DNA from: Dudresnaya verticillata | Taxonomy: Eukaryota | Length of the DNA stretch: 64,000 nt | Reading direction: 5' to 3' | NCBI GenBank assembly: GCA_977862235.1 | Contig: OZ374565.1 | Coordinates: forward strand, 1-64,000 | Part shown: positions 9,001 through 20,055 of the stretch, piece after piece | How the letters are laid out: each line of letters opens with the position of its first letter | Numbering within the stretch: the first letter of the stretch is position 1 | The notes under the pieces: generated by a model | What the model saw: the letters and a program-made list of their open reading frames with translations, nothing else | The model's database searches: none | What the model was told of the DNA's origin: nothing | Made by a program: the position numbers and the translations under genes

Positions 9001-10721
9001 ACCGCCGACCTGCGGCGCTCGGGCCGCAATCAGCAAGCGGAGGGGGCGAACAACTTGCTGCTGTCACTGTTCTACCTGGACGACGGCGTCATCGTGGCGA
9101 AACACGCCGTACTCAGGAAGGTTCTGTCCTTCTTTGACTCCGAGGAAGCTAAGGGCTATGGCTTCCACCTGCGCATGGACAAGTGTACTGTTTGGTGGCC
9201 TACTGCACCCGACCCAGAAGACTGCGCTGCCTACCCATCGGATCTTGGGCAGAGCTACGGAGAAGGCACTACAGTACTTCAGGCTCCGATTGGAACGCAG
9301 AACTACATGGAGGAGAGCGTGAATGGCCATGTCGAGTCCATCCAGCCCCTGCTGGACGCAATTTCGGGACTAGAAGACCTACACGTGGCCATCACTCTAC
9401 TCCGCAACTGTGCCGGAGTCTGCCGGCTGAACTACCTGCTGCGAGTAGTTCCATCATCCGCCACGGCGAAGGGCGCCGAGCTCTTCGACCAGAAGATTGA
9501 GGCTTGCATGCGCAAGCTCGTGGGAGGAGTCCTACCGAGGGACACCTTCCGCGAACTTCAGCTTCCCCTGCGCACGAAAGAGCCCAGCTTCGGTATCGGT
9601 ATTTCGGGAGCTGGCGACATGAACTCGAGCGCGTTTTTGGCGTCCCTTTCACTGACCCGCAACTTACTGCGTTCTATCTTACCCGCTTCTGTGAACACTG
9701 CTCTTTCTGACGATCCTTTTGCAGTAGAAGCGCACGAAGACTGGAGCGCCAAGTGCCATAGTGAGGATGCTCTGGACCTGGAGAAGATCGACAGCGACGA
9801 GTGCCCACGCCAGAGGGACTTGACGCGGTTGGTACTGAAGAAAGTGCAAGCCGAGCTGCCGCTCGGGGACAGGCGGACGCAAGCTTTCCGAGCTTCCCTT
9901 GGCGCGCCGGGCGCCAAGGACTGGCTCAAGTGCCAGCCGGCACCAGGCATGAAGACGTACATTGCGGATCGGGACTACCGCGTATGGCTTCGATTCTACT
10001 GTCGGATTCCACTGCTGGAACCCGACACGGAGTGTCCTCGGGCCGGGTGCAAGAAGATGATGGATGTTCACGGCGACCATCTGCTGATTTGTCCGAACGG
10101 CATGCGGAACAGCGGATCTCCTCGGTCGTGGCGCCACGACTCTCAGGTTCGTCTGCTGGCTTCGGATCTGAAACGTGCGACACGCACCCCGATTGTGGAG
10201 CCCCGCCCTGTGGGGGCTCACCTGGATCGGCCGGACATCAAGGCGCTTGGAACAGAAGGAGGAACGGACTACCTGGACGTCACAATCAGTCATCCACTGT
10301 CGTCAGAACAACGCATTCTCAGCTGCATAACAAACCCGCAAGGGACGCTGAAGAACGCCCACGCTGACAAGGTGCGGACTTACCGTGGCTTCATCCAGGC
10401 TGCCGGACCGGGGGCAAGACTTGTGCCGGTGCCGATGACCACACTAGGTGGCTGGCACCCGGAGGCGCACAAGTACATGCAAGAGTTGGCGGATACTGTG
10501 GCTTCTCGGGCCATGGTAACTCGCGGTGTTTCGCGAGCGGCTCTATTCCACAGGCACGCGGCGCGACTGGTGCAGAACAACGTCAAGTGCCTGATGGAAG
10601 GGATCCAACAGGAGGTGTAGATGTGCAAGTTGTTTTGAGTTGGGGTTTAACTTTGTTGTGATACTACAGTAGATTGTACGTCGACAAATATTAGAATATG
10701 ATCACCTGTTATAAAGTTGAA
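6083..10721 (+). mobile_element. RLE non-LTR retrotransposon, copy 2
   Basis: Near-identical to the other copies; ends ATAAAGTTGAA, then CTCACCTCAGTACT (10722-10735). Confidence 0.93.
7132..10620 (+). CDS. Retrotransposon RT/RLE polyprotein, 1162 aa
   Basis: Intact ORF with the same motifs as 2464-5952. Confidence 0.97.
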   Translation: MIGQQHPDMPKVWLSPCFMPSAKHRPTNSTSCPLGCQSSSLPTVEALLMHLRKMHVPGRRGPPTRTDIEPLKQQLLDYGVWYCVTHNKYMPTHCSSRMNSEGMYSMRYKNCSACPATRTPAFSHVPSNQLTTPSREETVAAPSQTPALDAVTETQPEDGEPADDILPAPRRIPDSQEPPPAPVPATQVVPTAQTRHAARGPGGQLLPAVEDICRSHIPMVTHIPSRVRAEVRDALSKTVWAFTNANNSQEATKELTAFLLFPAAVLSNPPAASARAGASTSASSIGTFRDRIRRWGLKDYDALWQEALKGSTFREQTAPSAEEQRRINASRALRLAKEGAYSKAAAALDSDGIAPATDSVIQSMKDKHPQSVPQTDADHELDQSEPLPTMPDFVPFTADEVRKAVAKFPRASASGGTGLSPTHLQELLSVPTTHEHTGLLGGLTKMVNVLASGAGPAELSPWIASAPLTALKKRTGGVRPIAVGETIRRLVSSMLMTRVAPKAKAYLEPLQLGVATSGGTEAIVHAVRKLQKSHGHDKSYGLLQVDLKNAFNLVSRKAFMKEVRRHMPELLPWVRFCYDSEGPHLWMGDTLLRSVTGVQQGDPLGPLLFALVLQALIKQLKELTADLRRSGRNQQAEGANNLLLSLFYLDDGVIVAKHAVLRKVLSFFDSEEAKGYGFHLRMDKCTVWWPTAPDPEDCAAYPSDLGQSYGEGTTVLQAPIGTQNYMEESVNGHVESIQPLLDAISGLEDLHVAITLLRNCAGVCRLNYLLRVVPSSATAKGAELFDQKIEACMRKLVGGVLPRDTFRELQLPLRTKEPSFGIGISGAGDMNSSAFLASLSLTRNLLRSILPASVNTALSDDPFAVEAHEDWSAKCHSEDALDLEKIDSDECPRQRDLTRLVLKKVQAELPLGDRRTQAFRASLGAPGAKDWLKCQPAPGMKTYIADRDYRVWLRFYCRIPLLEPDTECPRAGCKKMMDVHGDHLLICPNGMRNSGSPRSWRHDSQVRLLASDLKRATRTPIVEPRPVGAHLDRPDIKALGTEGGTDYLDVTISHPLSSEQRILSCITNPQGTLKNAHADKVRTYRGFIQAAGPGARLVPVPMTTLGGWHPEAHKYMQELADTVASRAMVTRGVSRAALFHRHAARLVQNNVKCLMEGIQQEV

Positions 10722-10735
10722 CTCACCTCAGTACT
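10722..10735. other. 14-bp 5S-derived target sequence CTCACCTCAGTACT between tandem elements (TSD-like); also 15382, 20042, 24702, 29362, 57984, 62631; partial at 6054, 6075, 53327
   Basis: Identical to 5S gene 35232-35245. Confidence 0.88.
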
Positions 10736-13700
10736 CCCTCAGCGATCTGCCGAAATTTTTGTTTCGCGGATATCTCAACAAGTTCTGCACCGATCTTTTC
10801 GGCGGCGGTGCCGCCTGTTCGAGCGCGCGACGGCGCGTCGGTGCGGGGTTTTTCAGCCCTTCACCTTCGCGGGCGGGCGAGCGCGGTCTACTTTTGTCTC
10901 TTTCCGCGCCGCCGATCTGCGCCGCGACGCCGTCGTCGTCGCCGCCGTCGCCGCCGCCGTCGTCGCCGACGGTCACGCGTTTCCTATTTTGCGCTTACTT
11001 TTAAGGTGATCCCTCACCTTGAAATTTGCCCGGGCCCCACTGACTTGTCTTTCTTTCCCTGGCCCTGTACGCGTTTTGCTTGTACCCGGCACAGCCTAGA
11101 CTCTGTCTAGGCTGCCGTGGACTGTCGACAGAGGGGTTTCACACCCTTCAACTGACAGATTGGTAAAGGCCAGGCTTGTCCTGTAAAATCTTCCTTCGGG
11201 AAGTGCCGAGAGACCTACAAGTGTGGGAATCGCCAAAGACCCTCGACCTTGAGTGGTAGGCGGCTCGTGACCCACAAGCTCATCGCAGAAACGTGCCAAG
11301 CAACGTCGAAGTTGGGGTAACGTGGCTTAAGCCTGGTGGATCCTGTTTTGAAACCACCCCTTCTAAGATCGAGCGAACGTCCTGCCAGCGAACCTTCGGG
11401 GGAGGCCAAAAATCCTGTGGGCACTCACAGGTAAACGGTGGTTCTGCGACCCCATTGAGAGCTTGTGCAAACGAGAAGTACCGCGCGTTACAGGACCGCA
11501 GTGAAGAGAGTCTTCTCAGCTGCGGCAGGGAAGGGAACGTCCGATAACTCTGCGCGCACGAACGCTAACACGCGCGCCCTTTTGCGCGAGCTCGTGCGCA
11601 AAGTGCGCGATCTCGCGCCCTACGCTGCGAAGAGGCCCTCATCTCGCAGCAAGGCCACCTGTAGCACCCTCTGGAGGTGTCCCGAACAGACTGACGACGG
11701 ACGACAGGCTTGCGTCCCGGTTAGGAGGTCTGTGCCCCGTGGGAACCTACTGTAGAGGACCTTTACAGGTACCTTACCCAGCGCTGTAACCATGATTGGT
11801 CAGCAGCACCCCGACATGCCGAAGGTATGGCTCTCTCCATGCTTTATGCCTTCGGCAAAACACCGCCCGACAAACAGTACCAGCTGTCCTCTGGGCTGCC
11901 AGTCGTCCTCACTGCCTACTGTAGAAGCGCTACTCATGCACCTGCGGAAGATGCATGTTCCTGGCAGGCGAGGACCACCGACGAGGACCGACATCGAGCC
12001 TCTCAAGCAGCAGCTCCTGGACTATGGAGTATGGTACTGTGTGACTCACAACAAGTACATGCCCACCCACTGTAGCTCCCGCATGAACAGTGAAGGCATG
12101 TACAGTATGCGGTACAAGAATTACAGCGCATGTCCCGCTACTCGCACTCCGGCGTTCTCCCACGTCCCGTCCAACCAATTGACGACACCGAGCCGTGAAG
12201 AAACTGTAGCCGCGCCATCACAGTCTCCTGCTCTGGACGCGGTCACGGAGACGCAACCCGAGGACGGCGAGCCAGCGGACGATATCCTGCCAGCCCCGCG
12301 ACGAATCCCGGACAGCCAGGAGCCGCCTCCTGCACCGGTACCTGCTACTCGAGAGGTACCAACTGCGCAAACCCCACCCGTTGCGCGGGGTCCAGGAGGG
12401 CAGCTTCTGCCGGCGGTCGAAGACATCTGTCGCTCGCATATCCCTATGGTCACACATATACCGTCTCGCGTCCGCGCCGAGGTGCGCGACGCACTGTCCA
12501 AGACGGTATGGGCTTTTACGAACGCAACCAACTCTCAGGAAGCCACCAAAGAGCTCACTGCATTCCTGCTTTTTCCAGCAGCCGTCTTGTCCAATCCTCC
12601 CGCCGCGAGTGCAAGGGCCAGCGCGTCAACCTCTGCGTCCTCGATCGGCACCTTCCGCGATCGAATCCGACGCTGGGGACTCAAGGATTACGACGCCCTA
12701 TGGCAGGAGGCCTTGAAGGGCTCGACATTCCGTGAGCAGACTGCGCCTTCCGCAGAAGAGCAACGCCGTATCAATGCCTCACGAGCCCTTCGCCTTGCAA
12801 AGGAGGGCGCCTACAGTAAGGCAGCAGCAGCTCTAGACTCTGATGGAATCGCCCCAGCCACAGACTCTGTGATAGAGTCCATGAAGGACAAGCACCCGCA
12901 GTCCGTACCGCAAACCGACGCGGACCACGAGCTTGACCAGTCCGAACCGCTGCCGACCATGCCTGACTTCGTGCCTTTCACAGCCGACGAAGTACGAAAA
13001 GCAGTGGCCAAGTTCCCCCGGGCTTCGGCCTCGGGGGGAACAGGACTATCACCGACCCATCTGCAGGAACTGCTCTCAGTCCCGACCACTCACGAGCACA
13101 CGGGCCTGCTTGGCGGGCTCACCAAAATGGTCAACGTGCTGGCCAGCGGCGCAGGACCTGCGGAGCTGTCGCCTTGGATTGCCAGCGCTCCTCTCACGGC
13201 TCTGAAGAAGCGCACCGGCGGTGTCCGCCCCATTGCTGTAGGAGAGACAATCCGACGACTCGTGAGCTCTATGCTCATGACCAGAGTCGCTCCCAAGGCC
13301 AAGGCATACCTCGAACCGCTTCAGCTCGGGGTCGCAACCTCGGGCGGCACAGAAGCCATTGTACACGCGGTCCGGAAGCTGCAGAATTCTCACGGCCATG
13401 ACAAGTCCTACGGGTTGCTACAAGTGGACTTGAAGAATGCCTTCAACCTTGTCAGCCGCAAAGCATTCATGAAGGAGGTCCGCCGACATATGCCTGAACT
13501 ACTACCGTGGGTCAGATACTGTTATGACTCTGAGGGCCCGCACCTGTGGATGGGTGACACTCTACTGCGGAGTGTCACTGGTGTACAGCAAGGTGACCCG
13601 CTCGGGCCGTTACTGTTTGCTTTGGTGCTGCAGGCACTGATCAAACAGTTGAAGGAACTCACCGCCGACCTGCGGCGCTCGGGCCGCAATCAGCAAGCGG

Positions 13701-15381
13701 AGGGGGCGAACAACTTGCTGCTGTCACTGTTCTACCTGGACGACGGCGTCATCGTGGCGAAACACGCCGTACTCAGGAAGGTTCTGTCCTTCTTTGACTC
13801 CGAGGAAGCTAAGGGCTATGGCTTCCACCTGCGCATGGACAAGTGTACTGTTTGGTGGCCTACTGCACCCGACCCAGAAGACTGCGCTGCCTACCCGTCG
13901 GATCTTGGGCAGAGCTACGGAGAAGGCACTACAGTACTTCAGGCTCCGATTGGAACGCAGAACTACATGGAGGAGAGCGTGAATGGCCATGTCGAGTCCA
14001 TCCAGCCCCTGCTGGACGCAATTTCGGGACTAGAAGACCTACACGTGGCCATCACTCTACTCCGCAACTGTGCCGGAGTCTGCCGGCTGAACTACCTGCT
14101 GCGAGTAGTTCCATCATCCGCCACGGCAAAGGGCGCCGAGCTCTTCGACCAGAAGATTGAGGCTTGCATGCGCAAGCTCGTGGGAGGAGTCCTACCGAGG
14201 GACACCTTCCGCGAACTTCAGCTTCCCCTGCGCACGAAAGAGCCCAGCTTCGGAATCGGTATTTCGGGAGCTGGCGACATGAACTCGAGCGCGTTTTTGG
14301 CGTCCCTTTCACTGACCCGCAACTTACTGCGTTCTATCTTACCCGCTTCTGTGAACACTGCTCTTTCTGACGATCCTTTTGCAGTAGAAGCGCACGAAGA
14401 CTGGAGCGCCAAGTGCCATAGTGAGGATGCTCTGGACCTGGAGAAGATCGACAGCGACGAGTGCCCGCGCCAGCGGGACTTGACGCGGTTGGTTCTGAAG
14501 AAAGTGCAAGCCGAGCTGCCGCTCGGGGACAGGCGGACGCAAGCTTTCCGAGCTTCCCTTGGCGCGCCGGGCGCCAAGGACTGGCTCAAGTGCCAGCCGG
14601 CACCAGGCATGAAGACGTACATTGCGGATCGGGACTACCGCGTATGGCTTCGATTCTACTGTCGGATTCCACTGCTGGAACCCGACACGGAGTGTCCTCG
14701 GGCCGGGTGCAAGAAGATGATGGATGTTCACGGCGACCATCTGCTGATTTGTCCGAACGGCATGCGGAACAGCGGATCTCCTCGGTCGTGGCGCCACGAC
14801 TCTCAGGTTCGTCTGCTGGCTTCGGATCTGAAACGTGCGACACGCACCCCGATTGTGGAGCCCCGCCCTGTGGGGGCTCACCTGGATCGGCCGGACATCA
14901 AGGCGCTTGGAACAGAAGGAGGAACGGACTACCTGGACGTCACAATCAGTCATCCACTGTCGTCAGAACAACGCATTCTCAGCTGCATAACAAACCCGCA
15001 AGGGACGCTGAAGAACGCCCACGCTGACAAGGTGCGGACTTACCGTGGCTTCATCCAGGCTGCCGGACCGGGGGCAAGACTTGTGCCGGTGCCGATGACC
15101 ACACTAGGTGGCTGGCACCCGGAGGCGCACAAGTACATGCAAGAGTTGGCGGATACTGTGGCTTCTCGGGCCATGGTAACTCGCGGTGTTTCGCGAGCGG
15201 CTCTATTCCACAGGCACGCGGCGCGACTGGTGCAGAACAACGTCAAGTGCCTGATGGAAGGGATCCAACAGGAGGTGTAGATGTGCAAGTTGTTTTGAGT
15301 TGGGGTTTAACTTTGTTGTGATACTACAGTAGATTGTACGTCGACAAATATTAGAATATGATCACCTGTTATAAAGTTGAA
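10736..15381 (+). mobile_element. RLE non-LTR retrotransposon, copy 3 (4646 bp, longest form)
   Basis: Starts CCCTCAGCGATCTGCCG, ends ATAAAGTTGAA; flanked on both sides by the 14-bp 5S sequence. Confidence 0.95.
11792..15280 (+). CDS. Retrotransposon RT/RLE polyprotein, 1162 aa
   Basis: Intact ORF, same motifs. Confidence 0.97.
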   Translation: MIGQQHPDMPKVWLSPCFMPSAKHRPTNSTSCPLGCQSSSLPTVEALLMHLRKMHVPGRRGPPTRTDIEPLKQQLLDYGVWYCVTHNKYMPTHCSSRMNSEGMYSMRYKNYSACPATRTPAFSHVPSNQLTTPSREETVAAPSQSPALDAVTETQPEDGEPADDILPAPRRIPDSQEPPPAPVPATREVPTAQTPPVARGPGGQLLPAVEDICRSHIPMVTHIPSRVRAEVRDALSKTVWAFTNATNSQEATKELTAFLLFPAAVLSNPPAASARASASTSASSIGTFRDRIRRWGLKDYDALWQEALKGSTFREQTAPSAEEQRRINASRALRLAKEGAYSKAAAALDSDGIAPATDSVIESMKDKHPQSVPQTDADHELDQSEPLPTMPDFVPFTADEVRKAVAKFPRASASGGTGLSPTHLQELLSVPTTHEHTGLLGGLTKMVNVLASGAGPAELSPWIASAPLTALKKRTGGVRPIAVGETIRRLVSSMLMTRVAPKAKAYLEPLQLGVATSGGTEAIVHAVRKLQNSHGHDKSYGLLQVDLKNAFNLVSRKAFMKEVRRHMPELLPWVRYCYDSEGPHLWMGDTLLRSVTGVQQGDPLGPLLFALVLQALIKQLKELTADLRRSGRNQQAEGANNLLLSLFYLDDGVIVAKHAVLRKVLSFFDSEEAKGYGFHLRMDKCTVWWPTAPDPEDCAAYPSDLGQSYGEGTTVLQAPIGTQNYMEESVNGHVESIQPLLDAISGLEDLHVAITLLRNCAGVCRLNYLLRVVPSSATAKGAELFDQKIEACMRKLVGGVLPRDTFRELQLPLRTKEPSFGIGISGAGDMNSSAFLASLSLTRNLLRSILPASVNTALSDDPFAVEAHEDWSAKCHSEDALDLEKIDSDECPRQRDLTRLVLKKVQAELPLGDRRTQAFRASLGAPGAKDWLKCQPAPGMKTYIADRDYRVWLRFYCRIPLLEPDTECPRAGCKKMMDVHGDHLLICPNGMRNSGSPRSWRHDSQVRLLASDLKRATRTPIVEPRPVGAHLDRPDIKALGTEGGTDYLDVTISHPLSSEQRILSCITNPQGTLKNAHADKVRTYRGFIQAAGPGARLVPVPMTTLGGWHPEAHKYMQELADTVASRAMVTRGVSRAALFHRHAARLVQNNVKCLMEGIQQEV

Positions 15382-15395
15382 CTCACCTCAGTACT

Positions 15396-18300
15396 CCCTC
15401 AGCGATCTGCCGAAATTTTTGTTTCGCGGATATCTCAACAAGTTCTGCACCGATCTTTTCGGCGGCGGTGCCGCCTGTTCGAGCGCGCGACGGCGCGTCG
15501 GTGCGGGGTTTTTCAGCCCTTCACCTTCGCGGGCGGGCGAGCGCGGTCTACTTTTGTCTCTTTCCGCGCCGCCGATCTGCGCCGCGACGCCGTCGTCGTC
15601 GCCGCCGTCGCCGCCGCCGTCGTCGCCGACGGTCACGCGTTTCCTATTTTGCGCTTACTTTTAAGGTGATCCCTCACCTTGAAATTTGCCCGGGCCCCAC
15701 TGACTTGTCTTTCTTTCCCTGGCCCTGTACGCGTTTTGCTTGTACCCGGCACAGCCTAGACTCTGTCTAGGCTGCCGTGGACTGTCGACAGAGGGGTTTC
15801 ACACCCTTCAACTGACAGATTGGTAAAGGCCAGGCTTGTCCTGTAAAATCTTCCTTCGGGAAGTGCCGAGAGACCTACAAGTGTGGGAATCGCCAAAGAC
15901 CCTCGACCTTGAGTGGTAGGCGGCTCGTGACCCACAAGCTCATCGCAGAAACGTGCCAAGCAACGTCGAAGTTGGGGTAACGTGGCTTAAGCCTGGTGGA
16001 TCCTGTTTTGAAACCACCCCTTCTAAGATCGAGCGAACGTCCTGCCAGCGAACCTTCGGGGGAGGCCAAAAATCCTGTGGGCACTCACAGGTAAACGGTG
16101 GTTCTGCGACCCCATTGAGAGCTTGTGCAAACGAGAAGTACCGCGCGTTACAGGACCGCAGTGAAGAGAGTCTTCTCAGCTGCGGCAGGGAAGGGAACGT
16201 CCGATAACTCTGCGCGCACGAACGCTAACACGCGCGCCCTTTTGCGCGAGCTCGTGCGCAAAGTGCGCGATCTCGCGCCCTACGCTGCGAAGAGGCCCTC
16301 ATCTCGCAGCAAGGCCACCTGTAGCACCCTCTGGAGGTGTCCCGAACAGACTGACGACGGACGACAGGCTTGCGTCCCGGTTAGGAGGTCTGTGCCCCGT
16401 GGGAACCTACTGTAGAGGACCTTTACAGGTACCTTACCCAGCGCTGTAACCATGATTGGTCAGCAGCACCCCGACATGCCGAAGGTATGGCTCTCTCCAT
16501 GCTTTATGCCTTCGGCAAAACACCGCCCGACAAACAGTACCAGCTGTCCTCTGGGCTGCCAGTCGTCCTCACTGCCTACTGTAGAAGCGCTACTCATGCA
16601 CCTGCGGAAGATGCATGTTCCTGGCAGGCGAGGACCACCGACGAGGACCGACATCGAGCCTCTCAAGCAGCAGCTCCTGGACTATGGAGTATGGTACTGT
16701 GTGACTCACAACAAGTACATGCCCACCCACTGTAGCTCCCGCATGAACAGTGAAGGCATGTACAGTATGCGGTACAAGAATTACAGCGCATGTCCCGCTA
16801 CTCGCACTCCGGCGTTCTCCCACGTCCCGTCCAACCAATTGACGACACCGAGCCGTGAAGAAACTGTAGCCGCGCCATCACAGTCTCCTGCTCTGGACGC
16901 GGTCACGGAGACGCAACCCGAGGACGGCGAGCCAGCGGACGATATCCTGCCAGCCCCGCGACGAATCCCGGACAGCCAGGAGCCGCCTCCTGCACCGGTA
17001 CCTGCTACTCGAGAGGTACCAACTGCGCAAACCCCACCCGTTGCGCGGGGTCCAGGAGGGCAGCTTCTGCCGGCGGTCGAAGACATCTGTCGCTCGCATA
17101 TCCCTATGGTCACACATATACCGTCTCGCGTCCGCGCCGAGGTGCGCGACGCACTGTCCAAGACGGTATGGGCTTTTACGAACGCAACCAACTCTCAGGA
17201 AGCCACCAAAGAGCTCACTGCATTCCTGCTTTTTCCAGCAGCCGTCTTGTCCAATCCTCCCGCCGCGAGTGCAAGGGCCAGCGCGTCAACCTCTGCGTCC
17301 TCGATCGGCACCTTCCGCGATCGAATCCGACGCTGGGGACTCAAGGATTACGACGCCCTATGGCAGGAGGCCTTGAAGGGCTCGACATTCCGTGAGCAGA
17401 CTGCGCCTTCCGCAGAAGAGCAACGCCGTATCAATGCCTCACGAGCCCTTCGCCTTGCAAAGGAGGGCGCCTACAGTAAGGCAGCAGCAGCTCTAGACTC
17501 TGATGGAATCGCCCCAGCCACAGACTCTGTGATACAGTCCATGAAGGACAAGCACCCGCAGTCCGTACCGCAAACCGACGCGGACCACGAGCTTGACCAG
17601 TCCGAACCGCTGCCGACCATGCCTGACTTCGTGCCTTTCACAGCCGACGAAGTACGAAAAGCAGTGGCCAAGTTCCCCCGGGCTTCGGCCTCGGGGGGAA
17701 CAGGACTATCACCGACCCATCTGCAGGAACTGCTCTCAGTCCCGACCACTCACGAGCACACGGGCCTGCTTGGCGGGCTCACCAAAATGGTCAACGTGCT
17801 GGCCAGCGGCGCAGGACCTGCGGAGCTGTCGCCTTGGATTGCCAGCGCTCCTCTCACGGCTCTGAAGAAGCGCACCGGCGGTGTCCGCCCCATTGCTGTA
17901 GGAGAGACAATCCGACGACTCGTGAGCTCTATGCTCATGACCAGAGTCGCTCCCAAGGCCAAGGCATACCTCGAACCGCTTCAGCTCGGGGTCGCAACCT
18001 CGGGCGGCACAGAAGCCATTGTACACGCGGTCCGGAAGCTGCAGAATTCTCACGGCCATGACAAGTCCTACGGGTTGCTACAAGTGGACTTGAAGAATGC
18101 CTTCAACCTTGTCAGCCGCAAAGCATTCATGAAGGAGGTCCGCCGACATATGCCTGAACTACTACCGTGGGTCAGATACTGTTATGACTCTGAGGGCCCG
18201 CACCTGTGGATGGGTGACACTCTACTGCGGAGTGTCACTGGTGTACAGCAAGGTGACCCGCTCGGGCCGTTACTGTTTGCTTTGGTGCTGCAGGCACTGA

Positions 18301-20041
18301 TCAAACAGTTGAAGGAACTCACCGCCGACCTGCGGCGCTCGGGCCGCAATCAGCAAGCGGAGGGGGCGAACAACTTGCTGCTGTCACTGTTCTACCTGGA
18401 CGACGGCGTCATCGTGGCGAAACACGCCGTACTCAGGAAGGTTCTGTCCTTCTTTGACTCCGAGGAAGCTAAGGGCTATGGCTTCCACCTGCGCATGGAC
18501 AAGTGTACTGTTTGGTGGCCTACTGCACCCGACCCAGAAGACTGCGCTGCCTACCCGTCGGATCTTGGGCAGAGCTACGGAGAAGGCACTACAGTACTTC
18601 AGGCTCCGATTGGAACGCAGAACTACATGGAGGAGAGCGTGAATGGCCATGTCGAGTCCATCCAGCCCCTGCTGGACGCAATTTCGGGACTAGAAGACCT
18701 ACACGTGGCCATCACTCTACTCCGCAACTGTGCCGGAGTCTGCCGGCTGAACTACCTGCTGCGAGTAGTTCCATCATCCGCCACGGCAAAGGGCGCCGAG
18801 CTCTTCGACCAGAAGATTGAGGCTTGCATGCGCAAGCTCGTGGGAGGAGTCCTACCGAGGGACACCTTCCGCGAACTTCAGCTTCCCCTGCGCACGAAAG
18901 AGCCCAGCTTCGGAATCGGTATTTCGGGAGCTGGCGACATGAACTCGAGCGCGTTTTTGGCGTCCCTTTCACTGACCCGCAACTTACTGCGTTCTATCTT
19001 ACCCGCTTCTGTGAACACTGCTCTTTCTGACGATCCTTTTGCAGTAGAAGCGCACGAAGACTGGAGCGCCAAGTGCCATAGTGAGGATGCTCTGGACCTG
19101 GAGAAGATCGACAGCGACGAGTGCCCGCGCCAGCGGGACTTGACGCGGTTGGTTCTGAAGAAAGTGCAAGCCGAGCTGCCGCTCGGGGACAGGCGGACGC
19201 AAGCTTTCCGAGCTTCCCTTGGCGCGCCGGGCGCCAAGGACTGGCTCAAGTGCCAGCCGGCACCAGGCATGAAGACGTACATTGCGGATCGGGACTACCG
19301 CGTATGGCTTCGATTCTACTGTCGGATTCCACTGCTGGAACCCGACACGGAGTGTCCTCGGGCCGGGTGCAAGAAGATGATGGATGTTCACGGCGACCAT
19401 CTGCTGATTTGTCCGAACGGCATGCGGAACAGCGGATCTCCTCGGTCGTGGCGCCACGACTCTCAGGTTCGTCTGCTGGCTTCGGATCTGAAACGTGCGA
19501 CACGCACCCCGATTGTGGAGCCCCGCCCTGTGGGGGCTCACCTGGATCGGCCGGACATCAAGGCGCTTGGAACAGAAGGAGGAACGGACTACCTGGACGT
19601 CACAATCAGTCATCCACTGTCGTCAGAACAACGCATTCTCAGCTGCATAACAAACCCGCAAGGGACGCTGAAGAACGCCCACGCTGACAAGGTGCGGACT
19701 TACCGTGGCTTCATCCAGGCTGCCGGACCGGGGGCAAGACTTGTGCCGGTGCCGATGACCACACTAGGTGGCTGGCACCCGGAGGCGCACAAGTACATGC
19801 AAGAGTTGGCGGATACTGTGGCTTCTCGGGCCATGGTAACTCGCGGTGTTTCGCGAGCGGCTCTATTCCACAGGCACGCGGCGCGACTGGTGCAGAACAA
19901 CGTCAAGTGCCTGATGGAAGGGATCCAACAGGAGGTGTAGATGTGCAAGTTGTTTTGAGTTGGGGTTTAACTTTGTTGTGATACTACAGTAGATTGTACG
20001 TCGACAAATATTAGAATATGATCACCTGTTATAAAGTTGAA
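15396..20041 (+). mobile_element. RLE non-LTR retrotransposon, copy 4
   Basis: 4660-bp period repeat of copy 3. Confidence 0.95.
16452..19940 (+). CDS. Retrotransposon RT/RLE polyprotein, 1162 aa
   Basis: Intact ORF, same motifs. Confidence 0.97.
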   Translation: MIGQQHPDMPKVWLSPCFMPSAKHRPTNSTSCPLGCQSSSLPTVEALLMHLRKMHVPGRRGPPTRTDIEPLKQQLLDYGVWYCVTHNKYMPTHCSSRMNSEGMYSMRYKNYSACPATRTPAFSHVPSNQLTTPSREETVAAPSQSPALDAVTETQPEDGEPADDILPAPRRIPDSQEPPPAPVPATREVPTAQTPPVARGPGGQLLPAVEDICRSHIPMVTHIPSRVRAEVRDALSKTVWAFTNATNSQEATKELTAFLLFPAAVLSNPPAASARASASTSASSIGTFRDRIRRWGLKDYDALWQEALKGSTFREQTAPSAEEQRRINASRALRLAKEGAYSKAAAALDSDGIAPATDSVIQSMKDKHPQSVPQTDADHELDQSEPLPTMPDFVPFTADEVRKAVAKFPRASASGGTGLSPTHLQELLSVPTTHEHTGLLGGLTKMVNVLASGAGPAELSPWIASAPLTALKKRTGGVRPIAVGETIRRLVSSMLMTRVAPKAKAYLEPLQLGVATSGGTEAIVHAVRKLQNSHGHDKSYGLLQVDLKNAFNLVSRKAFMKEVRRHMPELLPWVRYCYDSEGPHLWMGDTLLRSVTGVQQGDPLGPLLFALVLQALIKQLKELTADLRRSGRNQQAEGANNLLLSLFYLDDGVIVAKHAVLRKVLSFFDSEEAKGYGFHLRMDKCTVWWPTAPDPEDCAAYPSDLGQSYGEGTTVLQAPIGTQNYMEESVNGHVESIQPLLDAISGLEDLHVAITLLRNCAGVCRLNYLLRVVPSSATAKGAELFDQKIEACMRKLVGGVLPRDTFRELQLPLRTKEPSFGIGISGAGDMNSSAFLASLSLTRNLLRSILPASVNTALSDDPFAVEAHEDWSAKCHSEDALDLEKIDSDECPRQRDLTRLVLKKVQAELPLGDRRTQAFRASLGAPGAKDWLKCQPAPGMKTYIADRDYRVWLRFYCRIPLLEPDTECPRAGCKKMMDVHGDHLLICPNGMRNSGSPRSWRHDSQVRLLASDLKRATRTPIVEPRPVGAHLDRPDIKALGTEGGTDYLDVTISHPLSSEQRILSCITNPQGTLKNAHADKVRTYRGFIQAAGPGARLVPVPMTTLGGWHPEAHKYMQELADTVASRAMVTRGVSRAALFHRHAARLVQNNVKCLMEGIQQEV

Positions 20042-20055
20042 CTCACCTCAGTACT

